A stretch of DNA of 64,000 nt from Wickerhamiella versatilis. Lineage: Eukaryota. Location of the stretch: contig JAQOWU010000008.1 of the NCBI GenBank assembly GCA_030867685.1, forward strand, positions 3,162,001 through 3,226,000, in the 5' to 3' direction. The position numbers were made by a program, and so were the translations under genes. Shown here piece by piece: positions 1 through 8,435 of the stretch. How positions within the stretch are numbered: the first letter of the stretch is position 1; every line of letters begins with the position of its first letter. The notes beneath the pieces were generated by a model, which worked only from the letters and a program-made list of their open reading frames with translations, was not told the origin of the DNA and made no database searches.

Positions 1-753
1 GTCCACATCGTGTGTGTCTTCCACTTCACCCCAGACTTCCGTTTGATGCTTCACGTCCAGCGTGGCTAGTATTGCAAGTTCCTCAACAGGCCGTTGTGCG
101 AGAGCGACATTCATACCAATGATGAGAGATTTTGAGGCCGTGGTAGCACGCTCAAGACTGGCAAAGCGCCATGGGTCCAGACTGTTGATCCATTTCTCTA
201 TAGAAAGCTTTGTGGAACCCTGCTGGTAATTGCCAAAAAGTTGAGTTTCCTGGTCTAGTACAGTCAACGATGGTACTTGCCATACTTTGCAAGCATCAGA
301 AATTACAGGTGGAAAAAGAGCGTCTTGTGCTTTTCGAAGGGCACCCTCACAATCCTTATGAGGAGCCAGGACGACCAAGGTGTCAGTGTCAATGTAAGGA
401 AGTAGCATTGCAGTGGCCTCCTTGCGTTCAGTGGGCGTGATATCCACAGCTCTTGCCGCGAGAGACGTTAGGGGTATCAAGTGTGACTTCAGCTTGAGCG
501 AGGGAAGTACAGACCATTCCTGTGCGATGAGATGCGCTAATATGGGCTTATTTCGGGGTATTTGCAGTAAATTTCCCGCAGGAGTTCGAAGACATTGCCC
601 AGCGAGCTTGACTTGGAAGCCATCCGGCTTCTCATCCACGGTGATCTTATCCCAGAAATTTCCCACTTTTTCCAACGTGCTAGTTGTTGATGCATAACGT
701 CGAGGCCTCAAGACAGTCCTCGTTAAACATGGTACCGAAAAAAATGATCTCAT
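1..753 (-). CDS. ATP12: ATP synthase F1 assembly factor Atp12 (3' end outside window)
   Basis: Not in the ORF track because it has no stop in the window. My translation from ATG 753 (in-frame alternative ATG 765): MRSFFSVPCLTRTVLRPRRYAS (presequence-like)...FWDKITV...LRTPAGNLLQIP...LAHLIAQEW...HLIPLTSLAARAVD, which are Atp12 family motifs. Confidence 0.85.
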   Translation of the reverse strand, partial: MRSFFSVPCLTRTVLRPRRYASTTSTLEKVGNFWDKITVDEKPDGFQVKLAGQCLRTPAGNLLQIPRNKPILAHLIAQEWSVLPSLKLKSHLIPLTSLAARAVDITPTERKEATAMLLPYIDTDTLVVLAPHKDCEGALRKAQDALFPPVISDACKVWQVPSLTVLDQETQLFGNYQQGSTKLSIEKWINSLDPWRFASLERATTASKSLIIGMNVALAQRPVEELAILATLDVKHQTEVWGEVEDTHDVD

Positions 754-786
754 GGTCGGTGACATATTCTATCGTAATCACTCCAT

Positions 787-1116
787 ATGTCGGCTCAGGA
801 GCTTCAGCTACGCCTCCAGCATACCAGGTCTGAGCTTGAGAGTGTGAGAATGCAGATGGCATCAGTAAAACGTTCTACAGCCATAACACAAGCAACGCAG
901 CACCATTTTCATGCTGAAGTGGCGGACCCGCATGCGAGACTTTGGCAAGGTGTCGGAAAGGCGTTTTTCCGCACGTCAACCGAGGACTACGACAAGTCGG
1001 TTGCTGAACGCAAAGCTAGTGCAAATGAACAGCTAGATGCACTGGAAAAGAAGGAACGCTATTTTAAAGTGACCCTTGATAATCTTATCAAGGCAATTAC
1101 AGAGATGGCTGCTTGA
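787..1116 (+). CDS. PFD1: Prefoldin subunit 1 (beta type)
   Basis: 109 aa coiled-coil/hairpin/coiled-coil with LWQGVGKAF and LEKKERYFKVTL. Confidence 0.8.
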   Translation: MSAQELQLRLQHTRSELESVRMQMASVKRSTAITQATQHHFHAEVADPHARLWQGVGKAFFRTSTEDYDKSVAERKASANEQLDALEKKERYFKVTLDNLIKAITEMAA

Positions 1117-1223
1117 CGAACGCTGAACGCATGACGAACGCACGCAGATTTAAAGAGAGATACAATTAAAGCAAAAAATTAGATTAGCCTATGCTTATTC
1201 CACGATAAGCATCCTTAATTTAC

Positions 1224-1994
1224 TTAGATAGCACTATATCCCGATCGACCCGCACCGGCAAAAGTATCTGCTAATTTGCGCAGGAAATCACGCACCAGGT
1301 AAGGCACATCGCGGACCAGCTCTGCAATCGACTCGAAATCTATGCGTCCTCCACCAAAGTCATGTGCATAATTCGTGCGCCAGAACTGGAATGCATATAC
1401 CGCGGTACCAATGAAAAGAAGGAAGAAAAACCAGGAGAAAAAACCCCATCCTCCACTTTTTTCCTTTTTAGGCGGTGATGGTGGTGTCGTGCCCGAATTG
1501 ACACAAATCTCAGGCGAGGAAATTTGTAGAAAGACATTACTTGAGAAATAAGGGCGTGAAGGCCACTCTACATAAAGTTCTTGAGAACAACGATATGATA
1601 TTTCGGCAAAAACTTCTTCATCACCCCACTTTGTTCCACTATATTCGACATCAAAGCCTTGCTCGCCATTGAAACCCGGTATGATCGTGGAATTGGTCCC
1701 AAGCTCCTCTGAAGCCACATTAACCACCTTTGTGACTATAACTTTTTTATCAAGCTTTATGCGTTCGACTAAACAAACTTGTGCATCATTGGCGCATTCC
1801 TTCACGTCCACAGGCCCACATGGGTTGATATAAACAGTAATGTTGGTGATACTAGGAGGCGTCTCTGCTTCGGATGTTGCCAATATTGTATGATCAAGCC
1901 CACTAAGATCGTAGGTATTACCACCGGCTTTAATATTTGAGCATGAGAACAATGCCCAGGAGAAGCCTGTTACTATCAGCCACCGGAGGAGCAT
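1224..1994 (-). CDS. ATG27: Autophagy-related type I membrane protein Atg27
   Basis: Signal peptide, M6PR-like luminal domain (YDLSGL, ETPPS, YINPC), TM segment GWGFFSWFF, C-terminal GYSAI sorting motif. Confidence 0.85.
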   Translation of the reverse strand: MLLRWLIVTGFSWALFSCSNIKAGGNTYDLSGLDHTILATSEAETPPSITNITVYINPCGPVDVKECANDAQVCLVERIKLDKKVIVTKVVNVASEELGTNSTIIPGFNGEQGFDVEYSGTKWGDEEVFAEISYRCSQELYVEWPSRPYFSSNVFLQISSPEICVNSGTTPPSPPKKEKSGGWGFFSWFFFLLFIGTAVYAFQFWRTNYAHDFGGGRIDFESIAELVRDVPYLVRDFLRKLADTFAGAGRSGYSAI

Positions 1995-2241
1995 GACTAA
2001 TTGGATAACCAGCTAGAGTTCATTTTTAGATCACTATAGGAGTTTTTGCGACTATTATAACCATCATGAAAAACAGGAGATTCGGGATACAGCAAGTTGT
2101 TGTTAATGACTATAATTATATTTCGAGAGGGAAAAGATTCCTAGACATGAATCGTCATCCGGTTGTCTCGCTCTTAGGGTCAATAGTAGAGTTTTTAGCA
2201 TATTTTTCTCAGTAAATTTACCAAACATAATTATACAATAT

Positions 2242-3168
2242 TTAGCCTGAACGCATATACTTGCCAACGACAACGCAATGGTCACGCTCATAGGGTTCCA
2301 ATGTTAATTGCTCAAGCGGCTTGATACGCTCCTCGCGCATCTTCTGCACTTCCCGAGCGAAGACAGTCTCTGCAGGTACCGTAGAGTCAATACAGTTTGC
2401 CTTAATAGAGATCACGACACCACCGCCGTCTTTCAAGAACATATGACTGTTAAGAGCAATGATTCGGGCTTGATCGGGTTGCGCAACATCAGCGAAGACG
2501 CAATCAACCATACCAACAAGCATACGGTACTTCTGTGGGTGCCGAGCGTCCTCGATGATGGGCACAATGTTTGGTCGCTTCTTCGCCATGGTGATAAGGT
2601 CTCTGCCCGGTCTGTGACTGAATTCAACCGCATATACTACACCCTCAGGGCCAACAATATCAGCAACATGACTTACAGAGGTACCTGAAGCTGCACCCAG
2701 ATATAGAACCTTTTTACCCGGAGCCATAAAAATTTCATCGAGACCGCCGAGAACACCTGCGGCAAGCTTGGACCGGAAAGGATTCCAGACACGGTACTCA
2801 ACCTTCACAGGAGGCTCATTCGGGTCAGCTGCAGGCTGCTCAACGGTCACAAGCTTCTCCTTGTACACGGAGTCACCGGGGACAAGGTTTTTTGTGAGCA
2901 ACATATCTTCTTTTCCACGGCCGATGAAAATACCGGCATGTCTGTGTGGCTCAACAACAACCTTAGCGCCACCCTTGGCTCCTTTTGCACCACCACGGCC
3001 GCCACGAGCGCCGCCACGGCCACCGCGAGGCGCACCACGGCCACCACGGCCACCGCCGCGAGGCGCACCGCGACCACCACGAGCACCACCAAAGCCGCCT
3101 CGAGCACCACCACGGAATCCGCCACGGCCGCCACCACGGCCGCCCCTACCATTCGGAGTGAATGCCAT
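2242..3168 (-). CDS. NOP1: Fibrillarin, rRNA 2'-O-methyltransferase
   Basis: RGG/GAR N-terminus; [14 protein letters not shown] and [15 protein letters not shown] motifs. Confidence 0.98.
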   Translation of the reverse strand: MAFTPNGRGGRGGGRGGFRGGARGGFGGARGGRGAPRGGGRGGRGAPRGGRGGARGGRGGAKGAKGGAKVVVEPHRHAGIFIGRGKEDMLLTKNLVPGDSVYKEKLVTVEQPAADPNEPPVKVEYRVWNPFRSKLAAGVLGGLDEIFMAPGKKVLYLGAASGTSVSHVADIVGPEGVVYAVEFSHRPGRDLITMAKKRPNIVPIIEDARHPQKYRMLVGMVDCVFADVAQPDQARIIALNSHMFLKDGGGVVISIKANCIDSTVPAETVFAREVQKMREERIKPLEQLTLEPYERDHCVVVGKYMRSG

Positions 3169-3887
3169 AGTCTATCTGTCAAATCGGTAAGAGAAATCGC
3201 TCCCAATTTTTTGTCGAAACGATGAATAATCTATGCTATGGGTTAGGGATGATTTCTCTTTTTGCAAAACTAGATCAATGCAAATTATTTACGACCACTG
3301 AATAGATGGACCGCAGTTTTATTGATTGCAGATAATTAATTGTACTATGAATACAAGTTTGTTGGTCAGTGCGGCTGCTTGTATCCTTTTTGGACAGTTC
3401 GACCTCTTGCTAATGTAGGGTTTTCCTAAAGAACTATTGATGAAGTATCAGGGTATGCATGATAGGATGGGGTGAACTTTTATGGATCCTTACCATTGAG
3501 AATTTATTTGCTATTCAATGAGGCATTTAGGTACGCATGCTTACCTATAAACTTTTGGGGTTGAGCATGAAAAAAGATCTGTCTTGACTAGCCTAATAGA
3601 GCTCTAAACCAGTTTAGAACTCAAACGAAGACAAGAGATAAAAAACGAGATTTACTATTTATTATTTAGATCCAGATCATGCCCTTCAATGCGTATTTGT
3701 CTAGATATATTAATTATTCGTTTTACCACGCAATCAGGAGAAAAAGAGGTCATGGTAGAAATAAAGTTGGATGGCATTCATCAATCGATAATTTTTCTTT
3801 TTCACAAAGTTTTTGTGCTTTATTCCCGCGGTTCTAACCGCCGATATCGAATAATTCTTAGAAGTACCCAATATATGACATAATCAT

Positions 3888-3900
3888 AAGGGCTTAGGGC
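3888..3900 (+). promoter_or_regulatory. AAGGGCTTAGGGC tandem AGGGC element upstream of RPL17 (Tbf1/Homol-E-like)
   Basis: Lies 60 bp upstream of the RPL17 ATG; near-identical 13-mer upstream of RPS27. Confidence 0.45.
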
Positions 3901-3960
3901 CACGCTTCGAACACTCTCTACCTCACATCACCGAATCGGTGGAACTGATCAACAGAGGTA

Positions 3961-4527
3961 ATGACGCGGTACAGCAAGACGCCCGTTCAGCCCGAGACCA
4001 CGGCACAGGCTCGGGGCTCATACCTGCGTGTGAGTTTCAAGAACACCCAGGCCACTGCTCAGACCATCAAGGGCATGAAGCTTGACAAGGCCTTGAAATA
4101 CTTCGACGAGGTGAACGCACACCAGCGTGCTGTTCCTTTGCGCAAGCACTCTAAGTCTGCTGGCCGTACCGGTCAGGGCAAAGAGTGGGGTGTGACCAAG
4201 GCACGCTGGCCTGAGAAGTCGGTCAAGTTCTTGACCGACCTTTTGCTTAACGCTAAGGCCAACGCTGATGCCAAGGGCTTGAATACCGAGACTTTGGTCA
4301 TCTCCCACATCCAGGTGAACAATGCCCCCAAGGGTCGTCGTCGCACTTACCGTGCCCACGGCCGTATCAACCAGTGGAACTCTAACCCGTGCCACATCGA
4401 GGTCTTCCTCAGTGAGCCTGTTGAGGAGATCCCCAAGGCCGGCGACAAGTACCCCAAGCACATTTCGTCTCGCCAGCGTGGTATCATTCTCGATGCAAAG
4501 CGCGCAGTAGCCGCTAAGACCGCTTAA
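3961..4527 (+). CDS. RPL17: 60S ribosomal protein L17 (uL22)
   Basis: ARGSYLRVSFKNT, RWPEKS and RRTYRAHGRIN motifs; strong codon bias; no intron. Confidence 0.97.
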   Translation: MTRYSKTPVQPETTAQARGSYLRVSFKNTQATAQTIKGMKLDKALKYFDEVNAHQRAVPLRKHSKSAGRTGQGKEWGVTKARWPEKSVKFLTDLLLNAKANADAKGLNTETLVISHIQVNNAPKGRRRTYRAHGRINQWNSNPCHIEVFLSEPVEEIPKAGDKYPKHISSRQRGIILDAKRAVAAKTA

Positions 4528-4708
4528 ATCTGACTCATGCTAATGTAGCTTAAAATATTACTGCCAAAAAAACAGTGGCTTTATCAATAGTACTGTCTTG
4601 TTAAAGTTTGGAAAGTTAAGTTGGTAAGATATAATGCCTTGAAACATGAAGTTTGAGGGGTTATAGAGCATCCAAAGGAATATAAATAATGCTAAGCTCA
4701 CAAACAGT

Positions 4709-6226
4709 CTATAACAATTTAAGCAAGAGTAAAATGTGCAAGGCTCCCACATATGCACATGTCGCATATCGGAACGTTCGATCAGTGATGGCTCGGCAGA
4801 ATACCCCAAAAATCGCAGCATCCACTTTGTTCATCCCAACAACCATTCGTTCTGTTTCAAGCGATTTAAACGCTTGGAAGGCCGAAATACCCTCATCATA
4901 TGCAGTGCGGGCCCTAGCAGACTGCAATTTAACTGGATCCAATCCAGCTGCTTGAAAGTTTCGACAACGCTCAGCAAGCTCAGTCTTATCTTTCACTGCC
5001 ACCTCAAGCTCAAGTCGCAACCTTCGCACAGTCTCTTCAAGGTCGGTTGCGTTTTTCTTGAATCTATCACGTTGTTGGGTTAGAACTGTGACCATGGTAT
5101 CAGGTGCTTCGCGGGGCGTGCTCGACAACCCACCTGATGTTCCCGAGCCGGGTCGCGGCACTGCCGTCCAACCGCTAATCATTGAAAAAGTATCATCAGC
5201 AGCATTACGGGAGTTTCCACCCACATTCATAAGATCATCCTCCAATTTCGCCACAAGTTCTTGTTGCTTAAGGGTTTCAGCTTCGAGTGCGGATACTGAT
5301 AGCCGTAAGCTCTCATTCTCGCCCTTAAGCATGCCCAAATTTTGCCGTAAAGACGCCAGTTCATCAGTTTGATGCTTATTTCTGCGCTCAAGAATTTTTT
5401 CGAGGTCACTGCCGGATCCCGAGTCGACGTCGCCGAACTCTAGTTTCCGCAGGGCAACCAGTTCGCTTCTCATGTCTTCGTAGTCATTTTGCCGCGCGAG
5501 CTTTCCTAAGGACTCCTCAAGTCTTTTCTTCAGTTCATTGCTTTCTCTCGCTGTTATCTCCGACTGTTCTTTTGCTGTTGCAGCAGTTTCTCTGGTCAAT
5601 GCCTGGGATCGGGCAAGCCGCGCAACTAGATCTGCATTCTCATTTTCTAATTGCGAAATACGATGCGTCATATCGTTCTCCGAAGTATCACTGCTATCCT
5701 TGACACGCTGTTGTTCGACCTTTTTTGCCCGTAACGTGGCCTTTTCTAGCTCTCGTGATAAGCTCTCCACTTCAGCGGACTGAAGCCGGGCTTTACTGGT
5801 ATCCGTATCACCACTGACTTTCAGGAGGTGCAAATCATGCTTTAACTCAGATACCTCGGCCTCCAGACTGGCCTCTCTTTTGCTCTTCCCACCATTAGAT
5901 TCATCGTCGGCTGCGTTCTCGAGCAGAGGGGTGGGGTCAGGCAATTCGGCCAAGGATTCATACACCCCCATAAAACAACTCTCTGAGTATTTACATCGCA
6001 CCGTGAGACTTTCAATTTCATGCTGATAGCACTTCAATAAACCCTTGATTTCCTGCAGCTTGCTTTCATCGGGTAGATGCCGAAATTCGCGGGTCTTAGA
6101 AGCAAGCTCCCGGCGTGACTCCGAACTCCCTTCCTGCCTAAGAGTTATTTCACGCCCCTGTTCGTCCAATTTGCGTTGTAGCTCACCAAATCCCAACTTA
6201 GCCCACGCGCGTGCCAGTTCCGCCAT
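4709..6226 (-). CDS. COY1: Golgi CASP/Coy1 coiled-coil protein
   Basis: N-terminal SRRELASKTREFR..LLKCYQHEIE, LTQQRDRFK, and C-terminal TM with Y...LH. Confidence 0.85.
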   Translation of the reverse strand: MAELARAWAKLGFGELQRKLDEQGREITLRQEGSSESRRELASKTREFRHLPDESKLQEIKGLLKCYQHEIESLTVRCKYSESCFMGVYESLAELPDPTPLLENAADDESNGGKSKREASLEAEVSELKHDLHLLKVSGDTDTSKARLQSAEVESLSRELEKATLRAKKVEQQRVKDSSDTSENDMTHRISQLENENADLVARLARSQALTRETAATAKEQSEITARESNELKKRLEESLGKLARQNDYEDMRSELVALRKLEFGDVDSGSGSDLEKILERRNKHQTDELASLRQNLGMLKGENESLRLSVSALEAETLKQQELVAKLEDDLMNVGGNSRNAADDTFSMISGWTAVPRPGSGTSGGLSSTPREAPDTMVTVLTQQRDRFKKNATDLEETVRRLRLELEVAVKDKTELAERCRNFQAAGLDPVKLQSARARTAYDEGISAFQAFKSLETERMVVGMNKVDAAIFGVFCRAITDRTFRYATCAYVGALHILLLLKLL

Positions 6227-6315
6227 AGCCTGCTTAGTATGTGATTACATCAGACACGTGATGCTTCAGACTGGGACTCACTCAGCTTGGGACATTTTTT
6301 CATCTTGATTTTTCA

Positions 6316-6879
6316 ATGAAGTACATTGCCAGCGAGCAGACCTTGGATATCCCTGAGGGCGTCCACTTCGAAATTAAGGCACGTATCATTAAGGTTACGG
6401 GCCCTCGTGGTACTCTCTCCAAGGATTTGAAGCACATAGATGTGGCTTTCCACAAGGTGTCGGCAAGCCAAATAAAAATCCAGGTTCTTCATGGTTCGCG
6501 CAAGCACGTTGCCGTTGTGCGCACCGTTAAGGCTATTTTGCATAATATGATTGTTGGCGTCACCAAGGGCTTCAACTACAAGATGAGATATGTTTATGCT
6601 CATTTCCCAATTAATGTTAACATTGAAAACAACGGCACCAAGGTCGAAATCCGCAACTATCTTGGTGAGAAGCAAGTGCGTACGCTACATGCGCACGAGG
6701 GCGTGACCGTCGAGGTGGACAAGAGTGCCAAGGATACCCTCCAGGTCAAGGGCAACTCGCTTGAGAATGTATCGCAAACCGCAGCAGATATCCAGCAAAT
6801 ATGCAAGGCTCGCAACAAGGATATTCGTAAGTTCCTTGATGGTATCTATGTTTCGGAGCGTAAGACTATCGAAGAGTAA
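6316..6879 (+). CDS. RPL9: 60S ribosomal protein L9 (uL6)
   Basis: YKMRYVYAHFPIN and KDIRKFLDGIYVS motifs; CACGTG at 6255-6260 upstream. Confidence 0.97.
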   Translation: MKYIASEQTLDIPEGVHFEIKARIIKVTGPRGTLSKDLKHIDVAFHKVSASQIKIQVLHGSRKHVAVVRTVKAILHNMIVGVTKGFNYKMRYVYAHFPINVNIENNGTKVEIRNYLGEKQVRTLHAHEGVTVEVDKSAKDTLQVKGNSLENVSQTAADIQQICKARNKDIRKFLDGIYVSERKTIEE

Positions 6880-7094
6880 GAAATAAGTGTATGTAGTAGT
6901 GCCATTCAGCCCGCTTTGGTGGGCACCGATATGAGGCGGCTCGTATCACATACAAAGATCTTAAAATTCGCATGGTTGTCAGAGGCCTTATAGAGGTTGT
7001 GAGATTCACTTGTTTTATGTGTCTCAACTTTGAAGCTGATTAGGAAGTACATAATACATATATATATCTGGGTGTTAACTAGGAAGCGTAATTA

Positions 7095-7610
7095 TTATGG
7101 GGATTTCATCACGGGAGTCACACCAAGCGAGACAGGAACAGCATCGGAACAGGGTGCCTCTTCATTAGTTCCAACGTATATCAATGAATGTTGCCACGAG
7201 GGGCATACCACGACGTGACCATCTGCTGTAGTTAGGTTCCATGTGTCGACACTAAAGATTGGTGCAGCATTATACATGGACGAATTGACATAAAGCTGGT
7301 TGGCATCATTCAACTTCACTGCCTGGCACGGTTCAGGTTGCATCATTAGACCATATTCTGGGAATATAACTGCTTCAAAACGGAAGCCTAGGTTATCGGG
7401 ATCTCTGATTCCCAAAGTTCCATTGCCATAGATACCGACTGTATTTCCATCGACACTTCGAGAACTAGGAGCAGATGTGCGGAGCGTGAATACCTCGCCG
7501 GGAATTAGATTCTGCATTGAGGGGTGCAGGCGCGTGATTTGCTTGTGGGCAGAGAGCTTCGGCTTAGCAGCAACCAGCGCAAAAAAATAGGCGAGCGAAG
7601 ACAGATGCAT
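7095..7610 (-). CDS. Small secreted/cell-wall protein of unknown family (PhiA/Cwp1-like layout)
   Basis: Signal peptide from ATG 7610 (MHLSSLAYFFALVAA); beta-rich; C-terminal Cys pair. The family call is tentative. Confidence 0.6.
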   Translation of the reverse strand: MHLSSLAYFFALVAAKPKLSAHKQITRLHPSMQNLIPGEVFTLRTSAPSSRSVDGNTVGIYGNGTLGIRDPDNLGFRFEAVIFPEYGLMMQPEPCQAVKLNDANQLYVNSSMYNAAPIFSVDTWNLTTADGHVVVCPSWQHSLIYVGTNEEAPCSDAVPVSLGVTPVMKSP

Positions 7611-8019
7611 GGAAGTATGACGGTATATTGAAAATAGTTTCCACATTATTCTACCACCTGTCCTGAATTTCCTATTTAGGCACCAGGGCTAGAGCTGATG
7701 CCGGATGAGGAAAAGTATTACCAGGGGTCTAAATTAGACAGCTAAGGGTGTGACATAGATTCAGATCAACGCGTGGAACAAAAGAATAGCCTCTTCACTT
7801 GGTACCGACTACTCTCTTAAATTACATTAAACTAGGACGACGAGTGCGATAGCTTCCCAAAACAGCCCATCTCTTCCTTGTAGAACTAATACTTTAGCAG
7901 TAAACGCGATTATTCACATATTTAGTTAACTATGCTTGCTTTAGTTATTGAATAAGGTCTACTAAACGAGGCCCAGCGGACATAGGATACGGGATCTGAG
8001 ACATCTGCATGTCTCGAGC

Positions 8020-8283
8020 TTAAGAAAGGAGCTTCTGCAGAGTCTCCGAACCAGCCTTGGTGTATAGCCACTTGTTATAATTGTCTGCCCAGTTCCAAAT
8101 GTAGTAGTAGGTTCCAACTGGCAGGAGCACAAACAGGATCTGGCCCTTCACGCGACGCGCGGTGTTGAAGATACCATTGTACACCATTCCCTTGAACGGG
8201 TTCTGCGCATTTGGCGCAAGACCATACCGTACAGTGTACTTATGGGGCGGAGCCTTCCACCAAGGGCTAGAGTGACCTCCCAT
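8020..8283 (-). CDS. QCR8: Cytochrome bc1 subunit 8
   Basis: YGLAPNAQNPF..IFNTARRVKGQILFV..LYTKAG motif. Confidence 0.92.
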   Translation of the reverse strand: MGGHSSPWWKAPPHKYTVRYGLAPNAQNPFKGMVYNGIFNTARRVKGQILFVLLPVGTYYYIWNWADNYNKWLYTKAGSETLQKLLS

Positions 8284-8325
8284 TTCGGTTGAAGTTTGTG
8301 ATTACAAAGGAAAGGTTCTGCTACC

Positions 8326-8368
8326 ATTGGCTGATAAATTCTTCGATCCCTCGAATGCATCACGTGAT
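8326..8368 (-). promoter_or_regulatory. CCAAT box (8326-8330) and palindromic ATCACGTGAT Cbf1-type site (8359-8368) in QCR8 promoter
   Basis: Both motifs seen directly. They fit known Hap and Cbf1 control of respiratory genes. Confidence 0.55.
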
Positions 8369-8435
8369 TAGGCCAAGGCAAAATTGTAAAAAGGACATTT
8401 AGCTATTTTACGCACCGCGCATAAATATTTACATG

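Noticed and set aside
2768-3225. Overlapping Pro/Arg, Ala/Val and Thr/Ala-rich ORFs
   Set aside because: Alternative-frame shadows of the NOP1 GAR repeat.
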